From assembly GCF_001194135.2 (NCBI RefSeq), contig NC_068984.1, positions 24,609,079 through 24,673,078 on the forward strand: DNA of 64,000 bases, in the 5' to 3' direction. Positions 61,558 through 64,000 of the stretch are shown one piece after another. The notes under the pieces were generated by a model that saw only the letters and a list, made by a program, of their open reading frames with translations, did not search any database and was not told the origin of the DNA. Each line of letters starts with the position of its first letter. Within the stretch, counting starts at the first letter, position 1. This DNA comes from Octopus bimaculoides (lineage: Eukaryota). Made by a program: the position numbers and the translations under genes.

Positions 61558-63451
61558 TGGAGTTACGATGCACATCAGTGGTGTTGCGATGTACATCCGT
61601 GAAGATGTCACAGCATTGACACTGCTGTCACATTCGAATGCGGTCTGCGACACACTCATAGTACATCTAAAGCAACTTGACGTGGTAATGCTCACATTGT
61701 ACCGCCCACCCGTTGCCTCAAACTACGATGGCAAGTTTGAGGAATCTCTTACAAAGATAAAAGAAGTACTCACAAACCTAGACCAATGCCTTAATGTACT
61801 TCTGATGGGTGACTTCAACTTCCCCAACATTAGATGGCCCGAAAGTGTCATAACCTCAGGACTGACGCGAAAAGAATGCAATCGGGCAGAATCTCTAGAC
61901 GATCTCACGAAAATGATGTTCATGGAGCAGACCATACTTTCCCCAATCACAGAAACAACGACATCCTGGATCTCTGCTTCACAAACAATATAGACTTTAT
62001 CACTACATAAACATATCACCGTCTGCCCACTCAGACCTCAGACGATAACATGACAGAACTATCAATATATGGTCTAAAGCTAATTAAAGAATCATACAAC
62101 ACTGCTGGATCCCAAGCGCTAGCGAACTTGAACTTCTACAAGGCTGACTGGAAGTCCATCAACAAAGTGATACTCCAGCAAAACTGTCTTAAAAGTCTGT
62201 CCATGCAAGACACCGACATGAAATTCAATGAATTCATGTCAATAATGCAAGCCATATGCATTAACCTTGTCCCAGAGAAGAAAACCACCACATATAACAT
62301 TATTCCCCGAGATAGAAGAATCTTAATGGGACAGAGGATAAAGATCTCGAATCGCTTAAATAAGGAGCCTAATGACAGCAAAAAGCCCTACCTTAAAATG
62401 GCGCTTTTAGAAACTGAGAATAAAATCAGACTCTCCCATGAAAAAGAAAGCGTAAACAGAGAAGTCAGGGCGATGGAAAATATAAAAAGAAACCCTAAAG
62501 CCTTCTACAAGTTCGCAAAAGATACAGGATAGGGCCACTGTTCGATGAAAAGGGCTCACTGACCGCAGACCCCAAGAGGATAAGTGAAGCACTCAATAAA
62601 CAATTCCAAAGTGTTTTCATCTTCTCATTAGAAAACATGAAAATAAGCAGACCTGATGAGTTCTTCAACACCTCTAACCTAGGCGACCGTCAATTACATT
62701 GCCATTACAGAAGAGGATGTACTGTCGGTCATTGACGAGATAAACCCAAACTCTGCAACAGGCCCAGACGGACTCTCAGCAATTCTGTTGAAAACATGCA
62801 AGAAAGCTCTTGCAAAACCACTGCAAAAACCTTCCCTAGAGTTCCTTTGAATGCGGTGCATTTCCTCAAATGTTTAAATGAAGGAATAATTTGCCCTGTC
62901 CACAAAGGAGGAAGCAGAGCAGACGCTATAAACTACAGGCCTGTCTCTCTGACCTCACATGTCAGCAAGATCATGGAACGCATTGTCAGAAAAAGACTGA
63001 CCACGTTCCTAGAAGAAAATGACTTACGCAAGATGTTTTCCGTCCTGAAAGAAGCTGCCCAACACAGCTACTACAGCACTTCGACTGGGTACTAAAACAA
63101 CAACTCAACCATTCAAATGTGGATGTGATATATCCGACTTTGCCGAGGCCTTTGACAAAGTCGATCATGGGATGATATGTGATAAATTGCGTGACCTCGG
63201 TATCGCTGGTAGACTGGGAAAGTGGCTGTATGATTTCCTGAAGGGCAGGTGTCAGGCTGTCACAGCAAATGGTGGGACCACTACTATTTGTGGTTGCTCT
63301 CTCGGACACGCCCTCAGCCATAGAGTCAGCCACTCTCACCAGCTACGCCGATGATACAAAAGTATCACAGGCGGTCAAGGATCCTACTGACATCCTAAGA
63401 CTGCAGAATGACCTGAACGCAATATATAAATGGGCAGATGAGAATAATCTT
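61558..63451 (+). mobile_element. CR1-clade LINE ORF2 (APE endonuclease plus RT), frameshifted and 3'-truncated
   Basis: SGVAMYIRED, TLYRPP, LLMGDFNFPNIRW, NPKAFYKFAK, GPDGLSAILLK, NYRPVSLTSHVSKIMERIV, DFAEAFDKVDHG, GPLLF, YADDTKV, LQNDLNAIYKWA spread across ORFs 61568-63604. Confidence 0.92.
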
Positions 63452-63452
63452 T

Positions 63453-63707
63453 GGAAGCCTAGTACTTATTCTATCGGTCTCTTTTGCCGAACCGCTAAGT
63501 TACGGGGACGTAAACACATCACCATCGGTTGTCAAGCGATGCTGGGGGAACAAACACAGACACACAAACATATACACACACATACATATACATATATACA
63601 ATGAGCTTTGGTCGGCCCGAGGCTATAGTAGAAGACACTTGCCCAAGGTGCCACGCAGTGGGAATGAATCTGGAACCATGTGGTTGGTGAGCAAGCTACT
63701 TACCACA
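63453..63707 (-). mobile_element. tRNA-derived SINE (family A) at the truncated 3' end of the CR1 LINE
   Basis: Matches the family A copies at 5780-6145, 20665-21030 and 25370-25740 (gtacttattctatcggtctcttttgccgaaccgctaagttacggggacg...gtgccacgcagtggg). Confidence 0.8.
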
Positions 63708-63808
63708 TAAAGAAATCAAGTAAAAAAGCACTAGGATGAAAGTAAATCAGAACAATCAGGTTAAATGTTAAACGGTTATCTTCTGACAAGTTAAACCAAT
63801 CGCCGTCG

Positions 63809-63843
<35 letters not shown>

Positions 63844-63919
63844 TATACATATATGTATATATATTTACATATATACATAGTTGTGTATATATATATGTAT
63901 ATATATGTATGTGTGTGTA

Positions 63920-64000
<81 letters not shown>

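Overview
AT-rich eukaryotic draft-assembly window with about 10 N-gaps. The SINE, microsatellite and MITE landscape looks like octopus or another coleoid cephalopod (inference from recalled repeat motifs, not a search). The main feature is one plus-strand, multi-exon protein disulfide isomerase A5 gene (PDIA5/PDIR). I traced 22 coding exons by hand from 15137 to 55105 (2065 nt, about 688 codons), all with GT-AG introns and consistent phases. The signal-peptide exon and the terminal ER-retention exon were not found. The protein has the canonical non-catalytic b domain and three catalytic thioredoxin domains (CGFC, CGHC, CGHC). Where vertebrate PDIA5 ends, this gene continues with two extra thioredoxin-fold domains. 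The first is redox-dead (WCGHC replaced by RKRPD, cis-Pro lost) and includes a 13-nt microexon. The second is a divergent CSNC domain that lacks two ancestral introns. Exon sizes and phases suggest the extension is a duplication of the a2-a3 cassette. Introns and flanks hold decayed mobile DNA: a near full-length DD34D mariner, a DD37D maT remnant, a hAT remnant, MITEs, CR1/RTE/Penelope-like LINE fragments and several SINE families, including head-to-tail arrays. Several long inverted repeats are candidate dsRNA (ADAR editing or back-splicing) substrates.
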